DNA from: Bryobacterales bacterium
GTDB lineage: Bacteria; Acidobacteriota; Terriglobia; Bryobacterales; UBA6623
DNA length: 64,000 nt
Assembly (NCBI GenBank): GCA_963422375.2
Contig: OY729428.2
Coordinates: forward strand, 3,008,001-3,072,000
Direction: 5' to 3'
Within the stretch, counting starts at the first letter, position 1. Each line of letters begins with the position of its first letter. The position numbers were made by a program, and so were the translations under genes. Positions 34,962-46,384 of the stretch are shown in pieces. The notes below the pieces were generated by a model. It saw nothing but the letters and a program-made list of their open reading frames with translations. It was not told the origin of the DNA and made no database searches.

Positions 34962-36230
34962 ATGCCCGTAGAACTGAGAATCCCGGAAGCCGGTGAGTCC
35001 ATCACCGAGGTTCGCGTCGGTGCCTGGCGCAAGGCGGAGGGCGACTTCGTCGCGCTGGACGAGGTGGTCGTGGAGATCGAGACAGACAAGGCCGCCATGG
35101 AACTCCCCGCCCCGGCAAGCGGGACGCTCGGCAAGATCCTCAAGGCCGAAGGCAGCGAAGCGGCGGTGGGCGATGTGATCGCCTCTATCGAGGAGGGCAC
35201 CGCGCCCCGGGCCGAGATGGCCCCGATCGGGCGGGATCAAGCCGCCGAGGGGCCTGGCGAGACGGCCCATGCCCCCGAGTCCCGCGTCATGCCTTCGGCC
35301 CGGCGGGTTCTGGGCGAGGCGGGCGTGCCGGTCGAGACCGCCACCGGAACGGGCCCGGGCGGCCGGGTGCTGAAGGAGGACGCGCAGCGAGCGGTTGCCG
35401 CGGCTGGGGCGGCCGTTCCGCCCGCAAACTTGCCCTCCGCTGCCGCTACGGCGCCGACCTCTCCGGCGCGCTCGCGCCCGGCCCCTTCCCCGTCGGCCCC
35501 GCGGCCAACGGCCTCCGACGGAGGGTCGGGGCGCGAGGAAGAGACGGTGCCGATGACCCCGATGCGCAGGGTCATTGCGAGGAACCTCGTCAGGGCCCAG
35601 CAGGACGCCGCCCTCCTGACCACTTTCAACGAGGCCGACATGTCCGAGGTGATCGGACTGCGGCGCCGCTACCGGGACGCGTTCCTCAACCGGCACGGAG
35701 TGAAGTTGGGCTTCATGTCGTTCTTCGTGAAAGCGGCGGTTCAGGCGCTCCAAGCGGTCCCCGCGGTCAACGCCCGCGTCCTAGACCAGCAGCTCGTCTA
35801 CCGCAAGTACCAGGACATCGGGATCGCCGTCGGCGGCGGGCGGGGCCTGGTCGTACCCGTCCTGCGCAACGCCGAGTCGATGAGCTTCGCCGAGATCGAG
35901 CGGACTATCGCCGACTTCGGCGCGCGCGCCCGCGAGAACCGGATCGAGCTCTCGGAACTGCGCGGCGGGACTTTCACGATTTCGAACGGCGGGATCTACG
36001 GCTCCATGCTATCGACCCCCATCGTGAATCCCCCCCAGAGCGGCATCCTAGGGATGCATGCGATCAAGAACCGGCCCGTGGCGATTGACGGGGAGGTGGC
36101 GGTCCGCCCGATGATGTACCTCGCGCTGACCTACGACCACCGCATCGTGGACGGGCGCGAGGCCGTCACGTTCCTCAACCACGTCAAGGACCTCGTCGAG
36201 AGCCCGGAGCGTATCTGGCTCCAAGTCTAG
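34962..36230 (+). CDS. sucB: Dihydrolipoyllysine succinyltransferase E2
   Basis: Lipoyl motif IETDKA, E3-binding [12 protein letters not shown] and catalytic YDHRIVDG. Confidence 0.98.
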   Translation: MPVELRIPEAGESITEVRVGAWRKAEGDFVALDEVVVEIETDKAAMELPAPASGTLGKILKAEGSEAAVGDVIASIEEGTAPRAEMAPIGRDQAAEGPGETAHAPESRVMPSARRVLGEAGVPVETATGTGPGGRVLKEDAQRAVAAAGAAVPPANLPSAAATAPTSPARSRPAPSPSAPRPTASDGGSGREEETVPMTPMRRVIARNLVRAQQDAALLTTFNEADMSEVIGLRRRYRDAFLNRHGVKLGFMSFFVKAAVQALQAVPAVNARVLDQQLVYRKYQDIGIAVGGGRGLVVPVLRNAESMSFAEIERTIADFGARARENRIELSELRGGTFTISNGGIYGSMLSTPIVNPPQSGILGMHAIKNRPVAIDGEVAVRPMMYLALTYDHRIVDGREAVTFLNHVKDLVESPERIWLQV

Positions 36231-36276
36231 GCGGGCCCGTCCCGCGGGAGAGCGCTCGCGCAGCTGTTCAATTCCC

Positions 36277-37662
36277 ATGAAGACCCACGACCTGATCGTC
36301 ATCGGCGGCGGCCCCGGCGGATACACTGCGGCCATTCGGGCGGCACAGCTCGGACTGAACGTCGCCTGCGTGGAAGAGGAGAAGGCGCTCGGGGGCACCT
36401 GCCTGCGGATCGGCTGCATACCGAGCAAGGCCCTGCTGGAATCGTCCGAGCTCTACGAGAAAGCCGCCCGCAGCTTTCGCAGCCACGGGATTTCGCTGGC
36501 CGACCTCCGACTCGACCTAGACAGGATGTTGCGGCGCAAGGACCGCGTGGTCGCCTCGCTGACCCAAGGAGTGGCGGGCCTGATCCGAAAGAACAGGATC
36601 ACGCGTTACCAAGGCCACGCTCGATTCGTTTCCGCTTCGCGGCTGGTTATCGAGGACGGCGAGAGCAGGAGCGAGATCGAGGGCAAGAGCATTCTCGTCG
36701 CGACCGGCAGCAAGGCGGCGCCCCTGCCGGGGATCGAGCTCGACGGTGACCGCGTCGGCACGAGCACCGAGGCACTGTCGTACAGCAGCGTCCCAGATCG
36801 GCTTGCCGTGATCGGTGCCGGCTACATCGGACTCGAGATGGGATCGGTGTGGCGGCGGCTGGGCTCGAAGGTCGTGGTGTTCGAGTACCTGGACCGCATC
36901 CTGCCCGGAATGGACGCGGAAGTGGCCGCGGCGGCGCGCAAGGCCTTCACCCGGCAGGGCATGGAGTTTCGGCTTCGCTCCAAGGTGACCGGATGCCGGG
37001 CAGGGCGAGACCGCTGCATGGTCGAATGCGAGGGAGCGGAGCCCTACGAGTGCGACCGGGTGCTTGTCGCGGTGGGACGGAGGCCGAACACAGCCGGGCT
37101 CGGCCTCGACGCCGCCGGCGTGCGACTCGACAATCGGGGCCGGATCGCCGTGGACGATTCGTACCGCACGTCCGCCGAGGGCGTCTACGCGATCGGGGAC
37201 GTGATCCCCGGGCCGATGCTCGCTCACAAGGCCCAGGAGGAGGGCGTGGCCTGCGTCGAACGGATGGTTACGGGATACGGGCACGTCAACTACGACACGA
37301 TCCCGGGCGTCGTGTATACGCATCCCGAGATCGCGTCAGTAGGCAAGACCGAGGAGAACCTGAAGGAGAGCGGCGCACTCTACAGGAAAGGCAAGTTTCC
37401 GTTCATGGCGAACGGCCGCGCAAAGGCTATGGCGGATACCGAAGGCTTCGCCAAGATCCTGGCGCATTCCGACACGGACAAGGTGCTTGGCGTGCATGTG
37501 ATTGGCCCTCGGGCAGGCGATTTGATCGCCGAGGCGGCCGTCGCCATCGAATTCGGCGCCTCAAGCGAGGACCTGGCTCGATCGTGCCACGCCCATCCGA
37601 CTCTTGCGGAGGTCATCAAGGAGGCAGCGCTCGCGACGGACGAGCGAGCCCTTCACATGTAG
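36277..37662 (+). CDS. lpdA: Dihydrolipoamide dehydrogenase E3
   Basis: GGGPGG, GGTCLRIGCIPSK, GAGYIGLE and HAHPTLAE. Confidence 0.98.
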   Translation: MKTHDLIVIGGGPGGYTAAIRAAQLGLNVACVEEEKALGGTCLRIGCIPSKALLESSELYEKAARSFRSHGISLADLRLDLDRMLRRKDRVVASLTQGVAGLIRKNRITRYQGHARFVSASRLVIEDGESRSEIEGKSILVATGSKAAPLPGIELDGDRVGTSTEALSYSSVPDRLAVIGAGYIGLEMGSVWRRLGSKVVVFEYLDRILPGMDAEVAAAARKAFTRQGMEFRLRSKVTGCRAGRDRCMVECEGAEPYECDRVLVAVGRRPNTAGLGLDAAGVRLDNRGRIAVDDSYRTSAEGVYAIGDVIPGPMLAHKAQEEGVACVERMVTGYGHVNYDTIPGVVYTHPEIASVGKTEENLKESGALYRKGKFPFMANGRAKAMADTEGFAKILAHSDTDKVLGVHVIGPRAGDLIAEAAVAIEFGASSEDLARSCHAHPTLAEVIKEAALATDERALHM

Positions 37663-37693
37663 GAAAGAGTACGGGTGTAGGAAAGAGTACGGG
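37658..37693. repeat. Exact 18-bp tandem duplication TGTAGGAAAGAGTACGGG x2 overlapping the lpdA stop
   Basis: Read directly at 37658-37675 and 37676-37693. Confidence 0.95.
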
Positions 37694-38014
37694 AACTGCA
37701 AGGCTGGCAGCGAAAGCGAACAGCGTCCCGGCGTACAGTCAGTTTGCGGCTGCCATCAACGGACCGGGCTCGATGCTCTGTCGGTGCCCTCGGCATTGAA
37801 TGCGCCTCAGGGCGCTTGCCTAGGGAATCTCGGACTAACACAATCGAATACGTTGTATGCTCCAAGCACAGGCAACCATCCCAAGTGTCAATGAAGTACG
37901 TTGGCAGGAAGAGACGATGTTGAGTTGCATTTGACAGTCTTTTTTCCACGAGAGCGAGCGACGCGGTTCGACCACCCGCCGTAGAGCGTCGGACAGACGA
38001 GACGAGGCCTAGGC

Positions 38015-39163
38015 ATGCCTGACTTCTACGAATTCTTCGCAGGGGCGGGAATGGCCCGTGCTGGCCTCGGGTCACGTTGGAATTGCGTCTTTGCCAACGA
38101 CGTGTGCGAGAAGAAGGCACGGTCGTATCGAGCGAACTGAGGAGGTGCGACGCTAGTTCGGTCCGACGTAGCCAACCTGTCATCCCGGGACCTGCCCGGT
38201 ACTGCGGATCTCGCATGGGCATCCTTCCCATGCCAAGATCTCTCCCTCGCAGGCTCCGGCTCAGGGCTCAACCGAAAGCGATCCGGCACGTTCTGGGCGT
38301 TCTGGGAACTAATCAAGGCGCTTTGCACCGACAGCCGGAAGCCATCAATCATTGTGGTCGAGAATGTGAGAAGCACGCTGACGTCTCGCCGGGGAGCGGA
38401 CTTTGCGGAAATCATTGCAGCAATGGTGCAGGCGCGGTACCGCGTGGGCGCGCTCATTCTTGACGCGGTACGATTCGTGCCTCAGTCGCGCCCGAGGTTG
38501 TTTGTCGTTGCCACGCGATGCGGGCTCGCCATCCCGACCGCCCTAGCATCAAGTTCCCCGGTCGGCCCTTGGCACACCGCCTCAGTTATCGCGACACTCA
38601 ATCGACTTCCTGAGATCAGCAGGAAGGCTTGGTACTGGTGGAATGTTCCCCAGCCAATTGATCGCAATTCGGTGTTTTCCGATTTCCTAGAGACGAAACC
38701 GAGTGGCATTACTTGGCATTCGAAAGCAGAAATAGACAGGTTGCTGAGTATGATGAGTCCTACACACCAAGCGAGAGTTCGAGCAGCGAGTGAGTCGGGA
38801 AACACGGTAATCGGTACGATTTACAAGCGAACCCGCCGGGACGAGAATGGGCACAGAAGGCAGCGAGCAGAAGTGCGTTTCGACGGTGTCTCCGGTTGCC
38901 TTCGTACTCCGCAAGGAGGGTCCAGCCGTCAGACGATCATCATTGTCAACGGAGCGAGAGTTCGGGCGAGGCTGCTTTCGCCTCGAGAGGCCGCAAGGCT
39001 CATGGAATTGCCTGACGACTATGGACTTCCTTCAAATTACAACGAGGCATATCACCTTTCTGGTGACGGTGTCGTCGTCCCAGTCGTGCGACATTTGTCT
39101 GCACATCTTCTTGAACCAATTGTGATTACTAACAAGAAGAACCATCGGTTTTTTTTGTGCTAA
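38015..39163 (+). pseudogene. DNA (cytosine-5) methyltransferase with a single in-frame TGA
   Basis: ATG at 38015 gives motif I EFFAGAG and FAND; TGA at 38138-38140 (YRAN*GG); the same frame then gives motif IV SFPCQDLS, motif VI VENV, motif VIII PQSRPRLF, and motifs IX-X SPREAARLM and GDGVVVPVV. Confidence 0.93.
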
Positions 39164-39436
39164 TGACATGCCTGAATTACTTGCTAGAGGAGTTCGTATT
39201 GTTCAATAGTTTCCGAGGAAAAAGTCCACTCTGCGTGGCATTGGTTTTGACTCGTGTTGCGAAGAAAAAAGTCTTACCTTTAGACCATTTTGGACTTGCT
39301 TACTAGGCGGAAGGGCCAAGTCCACGGACTCGGTCGTAACGCTGTTCAGGAAATCCTGACCGAACATCGAATTCATCGCGTTCTTGCTTCGGAGGGAGGT
39401 TGCACAAGTAGAGGAAGCACAGAGAATATGAGGTTA

Positions 39437-40443
39437 CCTGATTACCAACGAACATCAGCCGAGGATATGCTATACTGGAGGAGGTCGGAAACCTCTGACA
39501 GGAAAGGGGATAGCTGATGAAACGCAATCGCGTGCAATTCCAGAAGGGACTCAGCCCGGGCAAGTTCCTGCAGCGCTACGGCAGCGAGGGGCAATGCGAG
39601 CAGGCCATCTTCAAGGCCCGCTGGCCGGACGGCTTCCGCTGCCCGGAGTGCGGCTCCCGGCGGCACTGCCGCATCCGCTCCCGCAAGCTCCGGCAGTGCC
39701 ATGCCTGCCACCGCCGGACCTCCCTCGTCGCCGGCACGATCTTCGCCGCCACCCAGCTGCCGCTGACCGTCCGGTTGCTGGCGCTCCACCTGCTGACGCA
39801 GGGCCAGCACGGCGTTTCGTCGCTGGAACTGGCGCGGCAGCTGGGGGTCAGCCAGAATACCGCCTGGAAGATGAAGCACAAGCTCTTGCAAGGGATGAAG
39901 GATCGCGACGAGCGCGTGCCGCTGGCCGGCATCGTGCAGGTGGACGACGCCTACCGGGGCGGGGAGCGGAGCGGCGGCAAGCGCGGTCGCGGCCGCCGTG
40001 CAGGTCAGCGCCGCCGGCCAGCCGGCAAGGATGCGCCTGAGCAGCGTGGCGGGCTTGCGCAAGAAGACGCTGGCAGCGTGGGCCGGGCGGCACTTGCAGC
40101 CCGGCACGAAGGTGCATTCCGACGGCCCGGCCTGCTTCCGGGGCGTGGCCGACGCCGGCTGCGAGCACGTGCCGACCGTCACCGGAGGCGGGAAGCGGAG
40201 CTGCGGGGATTCCCGCTTCGTCCGGGTCAGCACGATGCTGGGGAACGTCAAGCAGTCCCTGGCGGGAACCTACCATTCGTTCGACGGCAAGCACCTGCCG
40301 CGCTACCTCGCCGAGTTCCGCTACCGCTTCAACCGCCGCTACGATCTGGAGGCGCTGGTCCCCCGCCTGCTCCACGCCTCCGTGCGCACCCCGCCCAGGC
40401 CTTACCGTCTCCTAACCTTGGCTGAGTCTTGTGGGTAATCAGG
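39437..40443 (+). mobile_element. IS1595-family insertion sequence, type B copy 2 (1007 bp)
   Basis: IRs CCTGATTACC... and ...GGTAATCAGG; 8-bp TSD TGAGGTTA (39429-39436, 40444-40451). Confidence 0.97.
39517..40438 (+). pseudogene. IS1595 transposase, frameshifted by a 26-bp deletion
   Basis: MKRNRVQFQKGLS start, Zn ribbon and VQVDDAY; lacks GCGGCGGGCAAGACGCCGTTCGTGGC present in copy 3; continues in ORF 39998-40438. Confidence 0.93.
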
Positions 40444-42073
40444 TGAGGTTATACGTTGAGTTTCTGAACGAATTGTAACGGCGCGGCGAAGTCGACATTA
40501 GAATGATCGAAGAATTCTGGATTGACCAAGTCCATGCATTCTTTGCGTCGCGGCCGTTTCGCCTCATCGCGGACCCATCGCGTAGCTTACGCTCCATAGT
40601 ATCGGACCTACTCGCGCAAGCTGTCGAGCACCAAAGCAGCATGCATGGAAGAAATTATGCGGGTGCGTTGCTATAGCATCTTGTCGGAGCAAAACTGGAG
40701 TACGTGCTTGGCAAGGATGTAGTGAGTCACAGTGGTTTTTCCTTGCAACTTGACCATCACAGCTATTCAACTGCGGATTCTCAGATCGGAAAACAAGCAG
40801 ATTTCTCTGTTGGAGATGCTGTCATTCATGTGACTATGGCACCAAGTGAAGCGGCAATTTAACGTTGTCGTGACAACCTTCGAGCCGGACTACATCCGAT
40901 CTTAGTGACAGCGGGACGGCAAGCAGAGCTTGCCATGATTCTCACAAAGAATCGGGGCCTTGGTGATCGGATCGATGTATTCAATATCGAACAGTTTCTA
41001 GCACTCAATATTTATGAATTGTCTGAATCCAATTCGAAAAGAAGAAATATTGTTGTCTCTGATTACATCGAATGTTACAATCGAATCATAGAGGTATCAG
41101 AAACTGATCTTAGCCTAAAGATAGAGCACAGAGGGTCAACCTGACCCATGAATGACTTCCTCTAGCCAATCGAATCCAATGCCTGAGCGAACAGATTGCG
41201 AAGAAGAAATGCACAATAAGACATCTGATCCTTAGAATCGATTCTCTTTCCTAAGATCGTGCCTCTACAATCATAGGGTCTAGTCTGCCCTAAAGGACCG
41301 TTGGACAGCGATACGGCATCATTAGAACAGGCATGGAATGATTTGCTCAGGAACCCGCTTTGTTCTCCTGTTCTCGGCAAAAATATGACCCACTGTGGGT
41401 TGGAAATTGCTTGTTTGACTGCGAGAATTCCACCCTAAATCCAATTCAAACCGATCTATTCTACGGTGACATATTCGACCGTTCCTACTCAATCGTAACA
41501 GCCGACAGCCAGAGTTCCCTGCCGAATTTCTTTGGATAATTCAGTTTAGGCGGGACATTTGGCATACTGACATTCCTTGATTCTGAGCTGGACATGGCGA
41601 GCGTGCCGATGGGGCGGATCCGGTCGCACTCGCATCGGAGCATCCGATAGGGCATCCAAGCCCGAACCTCCGACTCAGGTTCGTCTCCTCACGTCCTAGT
41701 TCGCACGTAGGACGACTCCAACGAACCGGGAGCAGAGCCCCACCTGCAAGCGGGTCCGCCAGAAATCAGTGCGGGACGGCTTCGACCCAGTTGAGGTGCC
41801 AGATACGACGCCCTACGGCCCGAGGGTGTGCTTTCGGCCAGGCCGTCACATCTCGGTAGCGAGGATGGGGCCTTCAGTCGGCTGCGCCCGACTCGAACCG
41901 CGACAGAATAAATGAGACCGTCGGCAATTTGCCTATCCCGGCAACTCCTTGTTAAACAGGAGCCCCGGCACGTCCGCCGCTCGTTCCGACGTCTCGAAGG
42001 CGGGAAGTCTGAAGCTCCGCCCGATCGTCGATTGGACGAAATTGAAGGGTTCGCCCCTTAGCGCTGCCGACTG

Positions 42074-45000
42074 TCATCGAGTAAACCAAAGATCCGAGGC
42101 TTGATTCGTCGCGAACGCCGGGATCGTGCCGGTCCTCGGCATCTCTTCGATCACTCCGGCCCGAAACCGAAGGGTCTCCCGCGAAGACGAACTCCGGCGC
42201 GGGCCAGGCAGCACAATGCCGGTCAGGTTGAGAGGATCCGAGCAGCAGATCTCGATGGATTCCTCGTCTCCCCGGCTTCGACGCAGCGAGCGGAGCAGTT
42301 CGAGCGCTTCCGGCAGCGCGTACTGCTCGCCGCGAAAAGCCTCCAGAAAGCGCCCTCCGCGGATCTCCCCGCGCGCCTCCATCCGGCGCAGGGCCCGAGC
42401 GACCTCGCGCCATCGCGGCGCGTACAGCTCGTGACGGACTAGGTCCCGGAACACGACGCCCCACCTGGCCAGCAACTGGCGCGCCAAGCCGTCGATCGCC
42501 TTGCCGTCGCCGTCCCGCTCTTCTCCTCCGATCGCCTCGGCCTGAAGCGCCCAGCGTCCCGGGACATGCCGCGGACGTCGATTCCTGTCCCGGCCCTCTC
42601 CCCGGCGACGTTTCGAATCGAGGAGCGCGCGGAGGTTCTCGAATCCATCGGCCGTCACCAGCCCCGCCGTAGCGAGTTCCCACAAACCGTCCTCGACCTC
42701 GCTGGCGAGCCGACCGGTCCAGCGCACGAGGTCGCTGAAGAAACAGGCGCCCCGTCTCTCCAAGCAGGCCAGCGCCTCCCTCGCCGGGTGCGACAGCACC
42801 GTCCGCTGCCTCGAACCGTCCCTCCGCGCAAGAGGCACAAGCCACTGGGCGTCCTCGCGCACTAGGAGCGCGATAGGAGCCGACCGAGTGGGACGGACCC
42901 TCGCGTCGGGCCTGCGCCTGCCAAGATCGCGAGCGTCGGAATCGACCGCGAAGGCAGGGTGAAACGAGATGCGCACCCAAATCACCTCGCCGGCAAAGCA
43001 CAGCCGGTCGAGGTATTCCGGCTTGTAGTCCGCGACCCTCGACGGCAGCACGTGGGATTCCCAGGACGAAGCCGCGATCTCGAACGCCTGCAACTGCTTG
43101 ATGACCTGCAGTGTGCCGTCCGTGCCATGCAGGCGGCTTACCGGCATCGCGTGCTGCCAACGGCAGAGAAAGCGCATGAAGTCAGCGCTGGAAACCGGCT
43201 CGATTTCCCGCCTGAGCTTGCCAAGGGTGAGGCGGTGGATCCTAGCCAGCAGCCCTCGTTCGCACCATTCGATGGCGCCGTCTGCCGCGCCCGGGTCGAA
43301 GCGGCCCCGAAGGATCCGTCCCTCTCCTTCAAGGCGAGCCAGAGCCGCTTCGACCGCCTGAAGCGGCAAGCCCTGCCGGTCGGCAAGGGACCGCGCCGTC
43401 CGGGGGCCGACGCAATCCAGCCAGCCCCCTAGCATGGCGGCGATGCAGGCTTCCCTGCCCTCCGGCAAGGGTCGGCTGGACGGCACGGCTGCGATCTCCG
43501 GATCCGACTCGGCACCGGGGTAGATTCGCAGGGCTAGCTCGAGCCGCTCGGCAGCAACCCAGTAGCTGCGCTCGCCAGCCCGGACCAGAGTGGCGCGCGA
43601 CCGAGCGGCCAGATCGGCGAAGAAGCGGACCCACTCGTCCTCCGGAGCCAGCGCCACGAGAGTCAGCAGGGCGTCGTGGAGCTCGTCGGCGTCGCGAACG
43701 GGCGGCCAAGCCTCTCTGGCGACCCGCCGGATGGCTTCCGGGTCAAGCGCTCCCATGCCGTCGGCCAGCCCGGGTGCGAGGCTCCGGCGCATCTGGACCG
43801 CTCTCGCCCTCCGCTCCTCAAGCGGCGCATTGTCGAGGAATGCGTACGGATTCGAGTTCAGGATCTCGTGCGCGAACGGAGACGGCTCGGGGGTCTCGAT
43901 CGCCGCCGCTTGCGTCTCCCCTGCCCCGATGCTCCGGAGCAGCGCCGACAGGCCGTCGAAATCCATTGCCTCGTGCAGGCAATTCCCGATTGTCTCCTGC
44001 ACGAGCGGGTGCTGCGGGACGCGCACCTCCCCCGCGAGGTTCTCCGCGCACGCCGCCTGGTCCGGGAACACGCCGGCCAGTAGGTCGTCCGAGCGCATCC
44101 TCTGGATTGGCGGAGGCACCTTCCGCCCGCCGGCGAACCGCAGCACCGCCAAGGCGCGGGAGGCGTTCCAGCGCCATCGCGCGGAAAACATCGGTACGTC
44201 AAGCAAGGCCTGCGTGAGCACATGCTCGAGCGTTGCGGGTTGCAGAAACTCGAACACCACTTCCAGCGGGAACGAATGCTGTTCGGTGAGCGAGATGACA
44301 ATGCCGTCGTCGGTGGCCGCGGCTTGTAGCTCGAGGTTGAAAGTCCGACAGAATCGCTTCCGCAGGGCCAGGCCCCAAGCGCGGTTGATCCTTGTGCCAA
44401 ACGGAGCGTGCATGACAAGCTGCATCCCGCCGGACTCGTCAAAGAAGCGTTCCGCTACCACCTTCGATGAGCAGGGCAACGCGTCCAGCGCCTCCCTGCC
44501 AGCCAGCACGTAGCGTGCCGCCTCCTCGGCACTACCGTGATCCAACCCGCATTCGGCTACGAGGAAAGCCGCAGCGGCGTCCTCCCCTCCCTCCCCGTCG
44601 GCAGCGCGAGCGATCCCTTCGCGGACCGCGGAGACGTGGCTTGAGAGCTCGGCAGTCCGTCCGGGAGCCTCGCCGAGCCAGAACGGCACGGTCGGAGCGG
44701 CCCCACGGGCGTCCTCCACCCGAACCTTGCCCGTCTCCACCCGCCGGACCCGCCACGAGGTCGTGCCGAGCAGAAAGACGTCACCGATGCTGCTCTCCAC
44801 GGCGAAGTCCTCGTCGAGCATGCCTACAAAAGTGCCCTGCGGCTCGGCAACGACCGAGTACTGCGCCGTGTCGGGAATGGCACCGCCCGAGGTGAGCGCG
44901 GCCAAGCGCGCGCCGCGGCGCGGCCGAAGGAGTCCGTGAACCTGGTCCCGATGCAGGTAGGTCCCCCGGCGTCCCTTCGCCGTAGCGATACCGTCAGAGA

Positions 45001-46384
45001 GCATTGCGATCACCGCGTCGTAGTCCGAGCGCGGGAGATTGCGGTACGGGTAGGCGCTGCGAACCGTCTCGTAGAGTTCGGCCTCGGCGATCTCCTCGCA
45101 TGCGACTGCCGCGACGATTTGCTGGGCCAGGACATCCAAAGGTGCCGATGGAACTTCCAGCCGGTCCAGGTCGCCCAGCCGGATCGCACGTACCAGAGCC
45201 GCGCACTCAATGAGCCCGTCCCTAGTCATGGCGAAAAAGCGCCCCTTGGGCGTTGCGCCGACCCAGTGGCCCGAGCGTCCGATGCGCTGCAGGGCGACCG
45301 CGATGGACCTAGGCGACCCGATCTGGCAAGCCAAGTCCACTGTGCCTACGTCGATCCCGAGCTCCAGTGACGCCGTCGCCACCACGACCCGCAGGAGGCC
45401 TTCCTTGAGGCGGTGTTCCGCATCCTGACGAAGGGAGGTCGACAGGCTGCCGTGATGGGGCAGAACGGCGTCCTCGCCAAGCCGCTCGGACAAGCGGTGG
45501 GCGATCCGCTCGGACAGCCGCCGCGTGTTCACGAAGACCAGCGTCGTGCGGTGGGCTCTCGCGAGCTCGGCGAGCCGGTCGTAGACCTCCTCCCACTGCT
45601 CGTTCGTCGCGACAGGGCCGAGTTCGTCGGAAGGGGAGATCACACCTAGGTCCATCTCGCGGCGGTGGCCGAATTCCACCACTCGACCGTCCCCGCCATC
45701 GAACCGTTGGCTGAGAAACCGGGCGACCACATCCAGTGGTCTGACGGTGGCCGAGAGCCCGATCCTGTGGATTCGATTCCCGCCGGACTGCCTGACCAAG
45801 CGCTCGAGTCGCGCCACCGAGAGCGCCAAGTGAGACCCCCGCTTGTCGTCCGCCACAGCGTGGATCTCGTCCACGACCAGCGTTTCGGCGGTCCCGAGCA
45901 TTTCCCGGCCCTTCTCGGACGTCAGCAAGATGAACAGGGACTCGGGCGTTGTGACGAGGATATGCGGCGGAAGCCGTATCATCTTCTGGCGCTCTGACGA
46001 GGACGTGTCGCCGGTGCGCACCGCGGTGCGAATAGGCTGGAGCGCGACGCCCCGCTCCTCGGCCAGAGCACGGATCTCGCGCAACGGCCCGGAGAGGTTC
46101 TTGCGGATGTCGTTGCTGAGGGCCTTGAGGGGCGAGACGTAGACTGCCTTGGTGCGGTCCGGCAGCCCGCCCGACCTCGCGAGCTTGATCAGCCCGTCGA
46201 GACAGATCAGGAATGCGGCGAGAGTCTTGCCGGATCCAGTGGGAGCGGAAATCAGTGTGTCCCGGCCCGCGCCGATCTCGCGCCAGCCCGCGACCTGTGG
46301 GTCGGTCGGCGCACCGAACCTCCGTTCGAACCATTCCGCGACCAACGGATCGAAGGTCGCCAACGCTACAGGCGGCAAGCCCAT
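42074..46384 (-). CDS. lhr: Lhr-family ATP-dependent SF2 helicase (long form)
   Basis: APTGSGKT, PLKALSNDI, TTPESL, DEIH, GLSATV, HHGSLS, LELGIDVG and QRIGRSGH; extended C-terminal region with EIRGGRF...GEQYALP. Confidence 0.93.
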   Translation of the reverse strand: MGLPPVALATFDPLVAEWFERRFGAPTDPQVAGWREIGAGRDTLISAPTGSGKTLAAFLICLDGLIKLARSGGLPDRTKAVYVSPLKALSNDIRKNLSGPLREIRALAEERGVALQPIRTAVRTGDTSSSERQKMIRLPPHILVTTPESLFILLTSEKGREMLGTAETLVVDEIHAVADDKRGSHLALSVARLERLVRQSGGNRIHRIGLSATVRPLDVVARFLSQRFDGGDGRVVEFGHRREMDLGVISPSDELGPVATNEQWEEVYDRLAELARAHRTTLVFVNTRRLSERIAHRLSERLGEDAVLPHHGSLSTSLRQDAEHRLKEGLLRVVVATASLELGIDVGTVDLACQIGSPRSIAVALQRIGRSGHWVGATPKGRFFAMTRDGLIECAALVRAIRLGDLDRLEVPSAPLDVLAQQIVAAVACEEIAEAELYETVRSAYPYRNLPRSDYDAVIAMLSDGIATAKGRRGTYLHRDQVHGLLRPRRGARLAALTSGGAIPDTAQYSVVAEPQGTFVGMLDEDFAVESSIGDVFLLGTTSWRVRRVETGKVRVEDARGAAPTVPFWLGEAPGRTAELSSHVSAVREGIARAADGEGGEDAAAAFLVAECGLDHGSAEEAARYVLAGREALDALPCSSKVVAERFFDESGGMQLVMHAPFGTRINRAWGLALRKRFCRTFNLELQAAATDDGIVISLTEQHSFPLEVVFEFLQPATLEHVLTQALLDVPMFSARWRWNASRALAVLRFAGGRKVPPPIQRMRSDDLLAGVFPDQAACAENLAGEVRVPQHPLVQETIGNCLHEAMDFDGLSALLRSIGAGETQAAAIETPEPSPFAHEILNSNPYAFLDNAPLEERRARAVQMRRSLAPGLADGMGALDPEAIRRVAREAWPPVRDADELHDALLTLVALAPEDEWVRFFADLAARSRATLVRAGERSYWVAAERLELALRIYPGAESDPEIAAVPSSRPLPEGREACIAAMLGGWLDCVGPRTARSLADRQGLPLQAVEAALARLEGEGRILRGRFDPGAADGAIEWCERGLLARIHRLTLGKLRREIEPVSSADFMRFLCRWQHAMPVSRLHGTDGTLQVIKQLQAFEIAASSWESHVLPSRVADYKPEYLDRLCFAGEVIWVRISFHPAFAVDSDARDLGRRRPDARVRPTRSAPIALLVREDAQWLVPLARRDGSRQRTVLSHPAREALACLERRGACFFSDLVRWTGRLASEVEDGLWELATAGLVTADGFENLRALLDSKRRRGEGRDRNRRPRHVPGRWALQAEAIGGEERDGDGKAIDGLARQLLARWGVVFRDLVRHELYAPRWREVARALRRMEARGEIRGGRFLEAFRGEQYALPEALELLRSLRRSRGDEESIEICCSDPLNLTGIVLPGPRRSSSSRETLRFRAGVIEEMPRTGTIPAFATNQASDLWFTR

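Larger units (their letters stand above)
39163..41144 (+). pseudogene. DUF4928-like protein (putative restriction endonuclease partner), heavily degraded and IS-interrupted
   Basis: ATG overlaps the MTase stop (TAATG). Reconstructed segments: KSPLCVALVLTR, GQVHGLG, RVLASEGGCTSRGS, NMRL|YVEFLN, EEFWIDQV, GALL*HLVGAKL, ADFSVGDAVIHVT. Frameshift near 39288, IS at 39437, at least three in-frame stops. Family recognised from memory, not searched. Confidence 0.75.

Noticed and set aside
37694..38014. A vsr or controller gene upstream of the methyltransferase
   Set aside because: No recognisable Vsr or HTH motif was seen. The palindrome AGGCATGCCT over the ATG is too short to call an operator.
16524..40443. 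Composite transposon bounded by IS type B copies 1 and 2
   Set aside because: Each copy has its own matching 8-bp TSD, so they are independent insertions.
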